From NCBI GenBank assembly GCA_964016885.1, contig OZ024745.1, positions 88,784,001 to 88,848,000 of the forward strand: a DNA stretch of 64,000 bases. The letters are read 5' to 3'. Shown here piece after piece: positions 37,701-50,718 of the stretch (the stretch's first letter is position 1; every line of letters starts with the position of its first letter). The stretch is from Eledone cirrhosa. Lineage: Eukaryota. The position numbers were made by a program, and so were the translations under genes. The notes beneath the pieces were generated by a model that did no database searches, had not been told where the DNA came from, and saw only the letters and a program-made list of their open reading frames with translations.

Positions 37701-39608
37701 AGTCACGTGGTACAAAGGACCAGTTACTTATTGATAAGATGGTATTGACGAATTGCAAGAGGAGACATACTGGTCTTGCCATGGGATGGATAGACTACAA
37801 AAAGGCATTTGACATGGTGCCTCATTCTTGGATCACCAAAAGCCTAGAGATCTTCAAGGTGGCAGATAACATCAGACAGTTGTTGGGCAAAAGTATGAAG
37901 TCCTGGGAAACAGAGTTAAGATCAACTGGAGAATTCTTGGAAAGCGTGAAGATCAAGAGAGGTATCTTGCAGGGAGATAGTCTGTCCCCTCTGTTGTTTG
38001 TCCTTGCCCTGATGCCCCTGACCACTATGCTGCGAAAAGTGAGAGCAGGATACAAGTTGGCAAAGGGAGAGCTTACCATCAATCACCTCCTCTTCATGGA
38101 CGATCTCAAGCTCTTCGGGAAAAGTGAGAGGGAGTTGGATGTGCTTGTTGACACAGTCCGTATTTTCAGCAATGATATATGTATGCAATTTGGTATTAGT
38201 AAGTGTGGAGTCCTTGTGACGAGGAGAGGTAAATTGAGCAGAAGTAACGGAATCCAGGTACCAACAGGTGAGATGATAAAGGAAATTGACACTGAAGAAG
38301 GATACAAGTATTTGGGTGTTCTGGAGGCTGATGACATCAAGAACCAAAAAAATGAAGGAATTGATATGAACTGAATACATTCGGAGAATAAGGAGCATAT
38401 TAAAGTCACATCTGAACAGTAGGAATGTCATAAGTGCAGTAAATTCCCGAGCTGTGTCTATTATTAGGTACAGTGCGGGAATTCTGAGATGGAATGTTGC
38501 TGAACGAATAGAAATGGATAGGAAGACTAGGAAGCTATTGACTATCTACAACATGTTCCACAAGAGGAGTGATGTCGATAGACTCTACTTAAGGAGATCT
38601 GAAGGTGGAAGAGGTCTTATCAGCATAGAGGAATGTGTTCAGATGGAGAAAAACAACCTACACAAATACGTGACTGATAGTAAGGAGCCAATGTTCAGAA
38701 CCGTACTGAAGGAGAGGACAATAGACCAGGGGATGTCCAAGGAGGAAATAACAAGAAGGAGAAAGAGCAGCCTTCAGGAAAAATCCCTTCATAGTACCTT
38801 CTTTGAGAAAACTGAATTCAGAGATCCACAGACATGGAACTGGTTAAAAAGAGGAGACCTTAAAAAGGCTACAGAAGGAATGTTAATGGCTGCGCAAGAG
38901 CAGGCCCTCAAAACGAAGTGGTTGAAACACCATATTTACAGGGAGGAGGCTAGCCCACTGTGCAGGATCTGTGGAGAGAGAGAGAGGAGACTGTGGCTCT
39001 CATTGTATCCGAGTGTAAACACCTAGCCCAGACTCACTATAAGGGCTGGAGACATGATGTGATGGGCAGGGTGATCCACTGGCTTATGCAAAGTAAACAA
39101 TTTACCACATTCTGAGAAGTGGTATGAGCATAGGCCAGAGGCGGTGATGGAGAACAGTCAGGTGAAGGTGCTGTGGGATTTTAGGATACAGACGGACAAA
39201 AAACTGGAACACAATAGATATGACCTGGTGGTTGTGGACAAAGAAAAAATATCGTGCCTGATTGTGGATGTGGCCTGCCCATTCGACACGAGAATGCAAG
39301 AGAAGGAGAGGGAGAAAATTAACCGATACCAGGACTTAAAGTGGGAGGTAAAAAGGATTTGGAACTGCCATGAACTCAAAGTGGTCCCGATTGTCATAGG
39401 CGCACTAGGTACTATCTCAAAAAGTTTCCAGGGATGGTTAAAGAAAATTGGCCCCTTCACGCTTTTTGGAACGCTTCCAAAGGCATGCTTGCTGGGAACA
39501 GCAAGAACCTTCCGATACGTCCTGAATATCTGAGGCTGCAGGTAGTGGCTTGATTTTCATCTCAACAAACTTTTCAGTTAACCAACATCAATGACTGAGA
39601 CTCAAAGA
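34756..39608 (+). mobile_element. Full-length R4/Dong-type non-LTR element (RT + restriction-like endonuclease), degenerate
   Basis: ~1.45-kb 5'UTR shared with the 50719 copy; ORF 36203-39533 broken; IDYKKAFD, QGDSLSP, FMDD, CRICG, DVACP..EKINRY; (AAT)n on both sides. Confidence 0.93.
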
Positions 39609-39633
39609 ATAATAATAATAATAATAATAATAA

Positions 39634-42600
39634 TGATTTCTGTATTGGCCACACGGGCTGACATCAAGAAAAACATTACAGACGGCACAGGACGGCACAG
39701 GACGGTACGATGTGGGTTTTGTGCGTGTAAATAATTTTATTATTTATATAAGAAAAGAAAAAAAAGACATAGAAACATATATATATATATATAAACAATA
39801 AAAATGAAAATTGAAACAATGAAAATTGAAACAATGAAAAATTCCCCAATAGGGGGCAAAACTCCGAGGGTTACCCGTGGCGAAAACCAGACAAAAGACA
39901 AGGCCACCCTGACCACCAGGGTAAGTGCCCTCTCTCAATCTTACAGGCGTATATTCAGAGCGGTCCCGTTCACTCGGACCATTCTCGCTACATTCACCCA
40001 CCTTTCAACAAACTTGTTAGAAGGCAGCACTTGCCTCTCCACCCTGATTTTCCTCTTCAAGTGAAACTTGAAAGTTAATTAGGGATTCGCCGAAGATGAA
40101 AGTATCTGTCTTTAACCCTTTCAACCTTATCCACCACACAATCTCTTTCACCATGGCCACCAGGCAGATGAAAACCGCCTGCCCTTCCTCCTCGAAGGAA
40201 GACGGCGAGATCATCTGAACAATGGACTGTCGATAACCGGATCAGTCCTACACGCGACAGCAACTGTTCGACATAGCTCCAGAAGTCAGCAATGCTCGGG
40301 CACTGAACGAGTGCGTGCACGACGCTTTCGTCGCTCCGCCCGCATCTCGGACAGGCTTGGCTGACGGCACTTCCGTGCATGTAGAGCTTATCTCGAGCCG
40401 GCAGCGCTCCCCGGTAGCACTGCCAGGCCAGGGATTTTTGGAAGTTATCCATAGGCCCTGGGCTGAAAGTTCTCCGGAAGAGAGAAAATAGCTGATCTTC
40501 TTCGACGCCCAGGATCTCTCCGAGAACGTCGTCGCTCTTCCCCTCCACTAGTCCTCTATAGAACGCCGAGGAGGATGTTCCACCGATACTGGTGCCCAGC
40601 TGGCATAGGGCAGTTAGCGCCTGGAGACATTCCAGTTTCCAAGCGCTATCTCTCGGTCTATTCCTGACCCAGGACTGCAGCTCCGTCAAGGAGACGAGCT
40701 GTGGCGAACGGCGACCACAGCTGTTCACCGTCAAGGAAGCACCAGAGATGTCGTAGCCTCAGCGCATGTTTGCGCATTATCAGCCATGGAATGCCCAGCC
40801 CTCCACGCAACTGATGTTGACCGCAGATGGATCGTCTGACCATGGGAACGCGTCCCTTCCACAAAAAGCGGAAGAGGAGGCGCTCCATTTTGGTGAGAGT
40901 TGGGCCGGGGCAAGGGACGACAGTGAGGCGGTAGCAGATGACGGATGCGATGTACACATTCGCCACCTCCACCCGGCCTTTCAGGGACAGCTTCCTCTCG
41001 GCACATTTCTGGGTGAGGGAGGCCACCTTGCTCGTCACCTCGTTCCAGTTTTTCTCCATCTGGAGGGCAGGTCCGAACCAGACCCCGAGCAATTTAACCG
41101 GTTCGTCCGTCCAACGCCCCACGACGCTGTCGGAAGACATGGACTTGCCCCTCCAGGTGTCGAGCTGCAAGCCCACCGACTTTTCCTGGATTATCTTTGC
41201 TCCTGTCACCGCTTCGAAATCCTTGAGAGCGGTGCCGAGCATCTGGACATGTCTAGTGCTCGACACCAGAATGGTGACGTCGTCGGCGTAAGCCGACTCG
41301 GATTTCCTGCATCCTAGTTCGCGTGGGACGCTACTCATCGCCCCCCAGTTTTTGTAGTAACGGCACGAGAGCCAATACGTACAAGAGGGACGAGAGGGGA
41401 CAACCCGGGCGGACCGAGCGCATGATGCTGTGCGGCTGCGACAGGTGACCGTTCACCCTCACACCTGACCAGATGTCGCTGTACATCGCAGCGATAGAAC
41501 CCCTGAAAACGGGCCCGAAACCGGCTGCCTCGAGGACCGCCACCAGGTACCGATGGTCGACCCTATCGAATACGTTGGATTGATCCAAGTTGATCAGGGT
41601 CCCACCCGTGCCATGTTCCTTAACCACCCACTCTATTATGTATCGCATGAGGTGGAGGTTGTCGTGTATGGATCTGTGTGGAATGGTGCCAATCTCGTTG
41701 CTAACACCTTGGCCAAAATCTTGAACTCTGCCTTTAGCAGAGTTATGGGCCTGAATTTATCGATAGCATCCCTTTTGTTCGGGTCTTTTCTTAGAATCGA
41801 CACCGCTACCCGGCTCACAAAACTGGGAATGCTCCCGTTCTGCTGCCAGTTGCTATAGACGTCTGCCAAGAGGTCACCGAACAAGTCTGGCATAAATGCA
41901 TAAAGCTCGTAGGTTAGACCATCCAAACCTGGCGATTTACACCTCGTGCAGTTAGCCATCGCTTCCCGCATTTCATCGGCTGTTATTGGCTTTTCGCAAC
42001 ACTGTGATGCGGTCGACGAGAGCTAAGGCAGTCTGTCGAGGTATGCACTGAAGTCGATACTCCGATCCGGCCCGCCGTTGCTCCCGAACAGTTCAGCAAA
42101 GTGCTGCTGAAAAGCTTCCCACATCTGCTCGGGTTCGCACAACACGCGCCCGTTTTCGTCAGATAAAGACCGAATCGTGGCTTTGTTGCCACGTCGCGCC
42201 TCTGCCACCCGGGCCCATTTGACGGCTTTTGTCCCCTCGTGTTTCAGAGCACGCACTCTAGCTCGGACAACGCAGCCTTTGTGTTTGCGATGCCTGTCCT
42301 AAACGCCTCTTCTAGCTTTCTGACTAGCTCTCCTTTGCTAAACCTAATCGACTCTACTTTAATTGCCCTTTTCAGGGCGAAACACGGCCGCTCCCGTCAA
42401 TGCCCGCTTAACTAATACGTTAATCCGGTCTCTATAGGCTTTGCGCGCCGGGAAAGACGCGTTCAGCTTCCAGTAACCGGGTCCTTGTCAATGAAGTCTG
42501 TCTATGTCGATCTCACAGAACACAAATTTGTGGTCTGTGTAGTCGACTATTTTAAATTGTGGACAACTTATACTAGCCTTATCTAGTTCTCTGCAGAATA

Positions 42601-44567
42601 CCCTGTCGAGATACGATCTGGATGACCCGATTCGGTTTGTCCAAGTCCAAATTGGCACATTCGGGTGATTCAGTCGATACCTGTCAGACAGTTCAAAACG
42701 TCTGAGCAGGTTGGTGAGGCTCCTGCACCCTCCTCCCCTATCCAATAGTCCCACACAATCCCAGTGTGCATCCAAGATACCGTTCCAGTCGCCCATTAAC
42801 ACTAAAGAGCGGGACGTTCCAAGAAAGGTCTCTAGACGTCTAAAGAAATCTGGCCGTCCTGTCCCTGTCGGAGCATAGATGGCTTCCAGCCCGAAAGCGT
42901 TGCCTTCGGTGCCGCTTACGTCCAGCAGCAACGTCTTACCTTCTGGGTCCAGGAAGATGGTCCGTATGGCGAGATGCGTACACGTCGTACCCGTCGAGGA
43001 TCGGTGCGAAAGCTTGTGCTTCGGAGATTCTCGTCTCGGTGTGGCCGCCACATCTATGTTTAGTGACTTGAGGTCGTTACGCAAGTGACCCTGCTTCCAA
43101 ACCGAGCTCAGGCCACGCACGTTTACACTTCCGACCCTGAATACGGCCATGTTGGGTGAGGAACGGCGCAAGGGAGAAAGGATCACTTACCTTGATCGTC
43201 TGGTGAAGGGACGGTTGAATCGTCCCTTCAGCTAGTCGTCGGCTCTTCTGTGAGTATATCCGAGTATACTGTCCGGTTTTAGTGTCCCTCCTAGGTCTCT
43301 GAAATCACCAACTGCGTTGGGGAATTTCATGTTAATGTTTGTGTATTGTTTCTGTGATATTCTTACCAGTCTTATGTTCGTTGGTGTTTTGATGGTGCTG
43401 GTATTATGTAGTCGTGCTGTGAAATGTCTGTGTGTAAGTCATTAGATTCTTGTGTATTTATTGCTGTGCATTTCTTTTTCTGGGGTTGGGGTGTGGTTCT
43501 GCTATTTACGTATCGTTGTTGCTGGGTGTGTGTGTTTTGTTGTTGTGTTTGCGATGTTGGTGGTTGTGGTGATGTTGTTGAAGGTGTTGTTGTTGTTTGC
43601 AGTGGGGTTGCCGTGGTGGTAATGGTAGTACTAGTGTGGGTGGTGATGGTGTTAGTGGTGTTGCTCCCGTAAGTCTCTTTGCAGTAGCCTTTACCCTTTT
43701 TTCATTTCTTCGCTCCCTTTTCGAAGTCGACGATGGGCTGCTTCTGCGTTTGTGCCTTCTTGCGACCTTTTGCCCTCTCCCATCTCACACTCCATGTCCG
43801 ATTCTGTGAGGTCGGGGTGGGGTACGAGCTCCTCTCTTTCACTTGTTGTTGTTGGTGTTGATTGCAGTGGAGTCTCTGTTGCAGCTGTAGTTGGTATTAC
43901 TATTGTTGATTTTAATACTTCCACTGCTGCTGCTGTTCTTGATTTCCGTGGCGTGGGTATGGGTGCCATGGACCTATCCTTCCTGTTTGCCGCCTGTACT
44001 GTTGCTAGTAGCAGTGGAGCCATTTTCGAAAGGAGGGGGTGTGTTCTCCTTTCTCAGGGTCTTCTCATTGCAGAAGGCCCTGAGGGGATTCTCCGACCCA
44101 CAGAAAAAGCATTTCGGCCGTTTGCCCTCAACACTTTTGGGATGTTGAGTGCCGTTATCGAAGTCTCTCACATCCGGGATAGCTTCGATGCACTCCTGGT
44201 TGGTTTGAATTAACATCTCAATGGAGGCGCCGACCCAATCTGCTCGTACTTTTTTCTGTACTTGTAGTACGGTTGTTTTGTCCTCGATTCCGACCAGGAC
44301 ATGCGCAGCCAGCCAAGAAGGGGCCATCTTGGTCAGTTTGACCCTTACAATTTTTTGCCCGCAGTAGGAGGGCACCAACACCATTTCTTCGCTTCTTAGG
44401 GTCACTAAGGATTGAGCCTTTGCCTCCTGGGGTGTGGCAAAAAGCACGTCTACGGTGGCATATTTCTTGCCTCGGTAGATATGCATTTTCCACTGCCACA
44501 CAGACCATAAGGCTTTTTGTATTTGAGCCTCTGTGGCTCTTTCAACCCTACGTGATTTTGTGCTTAA
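39634..44567 (-). mobile_element. Tx1 subfamily 2, degenerate, lacking the ORF1 5' part
   Basis: Fragments of ORF2 (39945-43150) and ORF1 (43187-44567); distinct 3'UTR. Confidence 0.9.
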
Positions 44568-46981
44568 TGTTGGGGCGTAGACGGCTACTAGCCTGAAAGC
44601 ATTGCCTTGGCTGCCGGTCACGTCCAACACCACCGACTTACCTTCTGGGTCTAGGAAGATGGCCCGTATGGCGAGATCCAAGCCTCTCCGAAAAAGGACG
44701 GCAACCCCTTCCCCAATCCTTTACGGCTGGGAGATGCGTATACATTGTAGCCACCTAAGATCGGTGCGAAGGCTTGTGCTTCGGAGATTCTGGTCTCGCC
44801 GATGGCCACCACATCTGTATTTAGTGATCTGAGGTCGTTGAGCAGGTTACACTGCTTCCAAGATGACCCCAGGCCACGTGCATTTATACTGCCTATTCTG
44901 AGTACAGCTATGTAGGATGAGATACGGGGCAAGTGAGAAAGGGTCACTTACCTTGATCGTGTGGTGAAGGGACAGTAGAACCGTCACTTTGGCTTGTCAT
45001 GGATGTTTCCAAGAGGATGTCATTGTATATCCTCTTGGTAACCGACCCTCTGAAGTCTCCAACTGCGTTGGGGAATTTTTGTTTTAAAGGTTTGTACTGT
45101 TCTATTGAGACCCCAATGATGCTTATGTTTGTCGGGAGAGTTCTTGGTGTTGGTGGAGTGTAGTAGTTTTTTTCTGTGATGTCTGTGTGCTGCTTTATAT
45201 ATTGTATGAGTTCTTTTTTTGCCATGTTTATGGCTGTGTACTTTTTGAGGGGAGGGGTGATTTCGTTGTTGTTTTCTTCTTGTTGCTCTTTGGTGTGTGT
45301 GTTTTGTTTTGTTTGCATTGTTGGTGTTTTTGGAGATGCTGGTTATGGTGTGGTTGTCGTTGGCGGTGGTGGTTGTGGTGGTGATGGTGATGGTGTTGCT
45401 GCAAGTTTCGTAGCTGCCTTTACCCCTCTTTGTGTGCCTTCGCTTTTGTAGGGTAAAGCTAAGTGTTTCTGCTTTTTTGCTTTTTGTGGCAGACCGTTTG
45501 CCACTTCACTCCCGCCCCAAACTCCATGTCGGATTCCGTAGGCGTCTGGGAGGGATATTGCTCCACGACTGTTGGTGGTGATAGTGGAGGCCTCTCCAGC
45601 AATTCCGTTGCTGGTGCAGCTACTTATTATGTAGCTATTGGTGTTGCCGCCATTGATGATGATGCTTTAGTTTTCCGTGGCCTTGGTACGGGTGCTACGG
45701 ACGTTGCCCTCCTACTCACCGTGGAAGGGGCTTCTGCGTTCGTTGCCTGCCCTGCTCTTGGTAGCAGTGGACCAGGTATTGGAAGGAGAGGGGCCTTCTT
45801 CTTCGCTGTCTTCTGCAGGCAAAGGCCCTGTGGTGTCCCTTCGACCCACAGAGATAATATTTTGCCGTCTTCCTTCTACGGTTATAGGGAGTTGGAGTCC
45901 TTCCTCGGTGTCTATGATATCGGGGATAGCGTCGATACATTCCTGGTCAGTTTGTATAAGCATTTGCATGCCTATACCTGATCAATTCTCTTGGGTGATG
46001 TGGGTTTTGCGTGCCCAGAGGCACCCCAAGGTATTTTGGATTTGAGCCTCCGTGGCTCTCTCCACCCGATGTGAGATTTTGCTGACTGTGCGGTAAGTCA
46101 CCGTCCGTATCTGCTGGTCGTTGAAAAATTTGGGTGGAGGTTTCAGGAAGACTCTATTGGCGCTTCTTGTCACCATGGCCCTTGCGACCGCCAACTATCT
46201 CCTCCTCTATGACTAACACTGTTTCGATATTTCGGGCGACACCTGCAAAGGAAGTGGTCCCTTTTTCAGCAGCACCACTATTGCTGCCGCTACTGGTCTT
46301 ACTGGTGGTGCTGAGATCGCTGTTACAGATATCGATGTCATTGTTGATGTTTTCGTTGGTAGTGTCGTTGGTGTGTTGTTGTTGTTTTCTTTGATACTGA
46401 TTGTGTTGTTACTGTTATTATGGCTGTTGTTATTATTGTTGTTTTTGTTGATACTGTTCCTACTATTATTGTTGTTGTGGCTGTTGTTATCGTCATTGTT
46501 ATTGTCGTTCTTGACCTTACCGCTGTTATTTGTGTTATTGTCGTTCTCGATTTTACCGCTGTTATTTTTGTTGTTATTGATCGTTTTGTTGTTGGTGTTA
46601 TTGTTGGTGTTGTTTGTGTTAGAAATATTTGATAATTTTAAATCTGTAACAATCCTCTTTTCCTTCGTAATATTGATTTACCTCCGCTGGAACGCTCTCT
46701 TGTTGACATGCTGATAAGGTCTCCCCCTCAATGTGTTGTCTGACAGCGCTCTCTCCCTTTCTTGTGTTATCCATGTTGAAATTTTTTTCAAAAAATATTT
46801 TCATACAATACGACAACCCGTAAAGGGGTGCCGTATTATTTACGAGTGAACCCCGGTATTAGGTGGCTCACTTCTTCTAAACTTTTATCAAATTTAAAAC
46901 TTGAATGAAAGGTTTAGAACGGGTGAAAACGAGGTAAAACGTTGGACAAAACTGGAGGCGATAAGAAGCGTGGCTTAACCA
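44568..46981 (-). mobile_element. 5' portion of a Tx1 element (5'UTR, ORF1 variant, APE N-terminus), truncated by the junction at 44568
   Basis: ORF1 type matches 930-1865; APE remnant RIGSINARGL...AVYAPT; 5' end abuts (AAT)n. Confidence 0.85.
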
Positions 46982-46997
46982 ACAATAATAATAAAAA

Positions 46998-47093
46998 TGA
47001 TTTCTTTATTGTCCACAAGGGCTGACATCAAGAAAAACATTACAGACAGCACAGGACGGTACAGGACAGTACGATGTGGACTTTGTGCGTGTA
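46998..47093 (-). mobile_element. ~96-bp 3'-terminal stub of Tx1 subfamily 2 inside (AAT)n
   Basis: Matches 39634-39729. Confidence 0.85.
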
Positions 47094-47120
47094 ATAATAA
47101 TAATAATAATAATAATAATA

Positions 47121-50100
47121 GGAAAGGGACCAGAACCAACTGGACGAAAGAATTGAATAGAACTGTTATGCAATGTTACCTGAAGAGTAACCCCAAGGAG
47201 AAAGGCTATAGGAAAAGGATGCATAACATCTGGAATGAGATTGGTCTATTTAAATTAGATGAACAAAAACTGGCCGGGCAGGCTCGATTAATAAGAACTA
47301 ATGGGTGGATAAGCGAGCTGGAACTGGAGAAACTGGGCAGAGAGATTAGCTTGGAGATGGAGGGTGGAGTATGCCAGGCAAACGAGCCAGTGGGAAATGA
47401 GGGTGAAGAGGTCGAGAGAACGGAGGAACCGCCCGAAACAGACAATGATCTGAATGCTGAGTTAAATAATACCTGGAACAGAGATACGGCCACTGATGAG
47501 ATGAATGCTGACGGGCTAGGACAAGATTTGGTAGATATCCTAAACTTAGTGGTAGATGAATTGAACAGTGATAGTGGGAGACCTATGAACCTAAGATTTG
47601 TAGACAGGAAAAAGTTAAAAGAAACAACAGCTAAGGTAAACAAAGTCATCCCATACCTTTAGGCGAGGAGCCTTCACCAGAGCAACAATTTCCTCAAAGC
47701 AACAGCAAATACGGTGAGGAAACTACTTGGTATGAAAGCGAGAGGAAACAACAGACAAGAAAGAGCAGAGCCTTGGTGGAAGAAACGACTGAGTGGTCAA
47801 ATTAGGGAAATGAGAAATGACATTGGAAAGCTTGAGTCCCTACTGAATGGGACACTAAAAATAGACTGGAAATAAAGTACAAAACTAGGAAGAAAAAGCT
47901 AAATATTATCATAGAGGAACTGAGGTAACGCATTGTAGCAAAAAGTGCTAAAATCAGGCGATACGAGAACAGAGTCAGCCAGTATAAACAGAACCGCATG
48001 TTCGACAACAACCAGAAGATGCTGTTTGGACAGCTTGAAGGGAAAGAAAGAGGCAACGACTTGATCCCTGAGGCGGAACAAACTAAAACATTCTGGAGAG
48101 GAATATGGGAGCAGCATGTTAAACATAATGACCAGGCAGTGTGGATTGAGACAGTACAGAAGGAGATGAGTGAACAGGCACGCCAACAAACTGATTTGAG
48201 TATCACAGTTGAAACTCTTAAGGGGCAGGCCAAAAAACTAACCAACTGGAAATCACCTGGCCCAGATGGTGTGCAGGGGTATTGGATTAAAAACATAACA
48301 TCCCTCCGCCAGAAACTGACAACCATGTTCAATGACTTCTTGATGTCAGGTGAGGTACCAGAGTGGTTGACAAAAGGTACCACAGTTCTGATAATGAAAG
48401 ACCGAATCAAGGGTAATGATGTTACCAACTATAGACCTATCACATGTCTGTCCGTAATAGGGAAACTGTTGACAAGCATTATGTCTGACGAAATCTACCA
48501 TCACCTCCACACAAACAACTTGTTACCGGACGAACAGAAAGGATGTCGAAAGAAGTCAGGTGGTACAAACGACCAGTTACTTATTGATAAAATGGTATTG
48601 AGGAATTGCAAGAGGAGACACACTGATCTTGCCATGGGACGGATAGACTACAAAAAGGCATTTGACATGGTGCCTCATTCTTGGATCACCAAAAGCCTGG
48701 AGATCTTCAGGGTGGCAGATAACATCAGACAGTTGCTAGGCAGGAGTATGAAGTCCTGGGAAACAGAGTTGACATCAACTGGAGTATCCTTGGGAAGCGT
48801 GAAGATCAAGAGAGGTATATTCCAGGGAGATAGTCTGTCCCCTCTGTTGTTTGTCCTTGCCCTGATGCCCTTGACCATTATGCTGCGAAAAGTGAGAGCA
48901 GGATACAAGTTGGGAAGGGGAGAGCTTACCATCAATCACCTCCTCTTCATGGACAATCTTAAGCTCTTCGGGAAAAGTGAGAAGGAGTTGGATGTGCTTG
49001 TTGACACTGTCCGTATTTTCAGCAATGATATATGTATGCAGTTTGGTATTGGTAAATGTGGAGTCATTGTGATGAAGAGGGGTAGGTTGAGCAGAAGTAA
49101 CGGGATCCAGATACCAACAGGTGAGATGATAAAGGAAATTGACTCTGAGGAAGGATACAAGTATTTGGGCGTTCTGGAGGCTGATGGCATAAAGAACAAA
49201 AAAATGAAGGAATTGTTAAGAACTGAATACATTCGGAGAGTAAGGAGCGTATTGAAGTCACATCTGAACAGCAGAAATGCCATAAGCGCAGTAAATTCCC
49301 GAGCTGTGTCTATTATTAGGTACAGTGCGGGAATTCTGAGATGGAATGTTGCTGAACAAAAAGAAATGGATAGGAAGACTAGGAAGCTATTGACTATCTA
49401 CAACATGTTCCACAAGAGGAGTGATGTCGATAGACTCTACCTAAGGAGATCTGAGTGTGGAAGAAGTCTTATCAGCATAGAGGACTGTGTTCAGATGGAG
49501 AAAAACAACCTATACAAATACGTGACCTATAGTAAGGAGCCAATGCTCAGAACTGTACTGAAGGAGGGGACAGTAGGCCAGGGGATGTCCAAGGAGGAAA
49601 TAACATCAAGGAGGAAGAGCAGCCTTAAGGGAAAATCCCTTCATAGTACCTTCTTTGAGAAAACTGAATTTAGAGATCCACAGACATGGAACTGGTTGAG
49701 AAGAGGAGACCTCAAAAAGGCTACAGAAGGGATGCTAATGGCTGCGCAGGAGCAGGCCCTCAAAACGAAGTGGTTGAAGCACCATATCTACAAGGAGGAG
49801 GCTAGCCCACTGTGCAGGATCTGTGGAGAGAGAGAGGAGACTGTGGCTCACATTGTGTCCGAGTGTAAACACCTAGCCCAGACCCACTATAAGGGCTTGA
49901 GACACGATGTGATGGGCAGGGTGATCCACTGGCACCTGTGCAAAGTAAACAATTTACCACATTCTGAGAAATGGTATGAGCATAGGCCAGAGGCGGTGAT
50001 GGAGAACAATCAGGTGAAGGTGCTGTGGGATTTTAGGATACAGACGGACAAAAAACTGGAACACAATAGACCTGACCTGGTGGTTGTGGACAAAGAAAAA

Positions 50101-50460
50101 AGATCGTGTCTGATTGTGGATGTGGCCTGCCCGTTCGACACGAGAGTGCAAGAGAAGGAGAGGGAGAAAATTAACCGATACCAGGACCTAAAGTGGGAGG
50201 TGAAAAGGATTTGGAACTGCCATGAAGTCAAAGTGATCCCGATTGTCATAGGCGCACTGGGGACTATCTCCAAAAGTTTCCAGGGATGGTTAAAGAAAAT
50301 CGGCCCCTTCACGCTTTTTGGAACGCTTCAAAAGGCATGCTTGCTTGGAACAGCAAGAACCCTCCGATACGTCCTGAATATCTGAGGCTGCAGGTAGTGG
50401 CTTGATATTCAATCCAACGGACTTTCTAGTTAACCAACATCAATGACTGAGATTCAAGGA
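47121..50460 (+). mobile_element. 5'-truncated R4/Dong-type element
   Basis: Begins at RKGTRTNWTKELN directly after (AAT)n; (AAT)n tail. Confidence 0.93.
47998..50385 (+). pseudogene. Dong RT-CCHC-RLE open stretch (795 aa), catalytic motif mutated
   Basis: FMDN instead of FMDD; CRICGEREETVAHIVSEC; RHD...RPDLVVVD...DVACP...EKINRYQDL; upstream stops. Confidence 0.9.
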
Positions 50461-50471
50461 ATAACAACAAC

Positions 50472-50511
<40 letters not shown>

Positions 50512-50528
50512 TTAATAATAATAATAAT

Positions 50529-50706
50529 AATTGTTTCTACTTTAGGCACAAGGCCAGCAATTACCCAGTGTATTACTGGTACTTTATTTTATCGACCCTG
50601 TAAGGATGAAAGGCAAAGTCAACCTCAGCGGGATTTGAACTCAGATCGTAAAGGGACGTAACTATGCTGGAAAGCATGGCGTCCGACTCTCTACCGATAC
50701 TGCCAA
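50529..50706 (-). mobile_element. tRNA-derived SINE (same family as 6985) inside (AAT)n
   Basis: Reverse complement of 6993-7170. Confidence 0.88.
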
Positions 50707-50718
50707 TAATAATAATAA

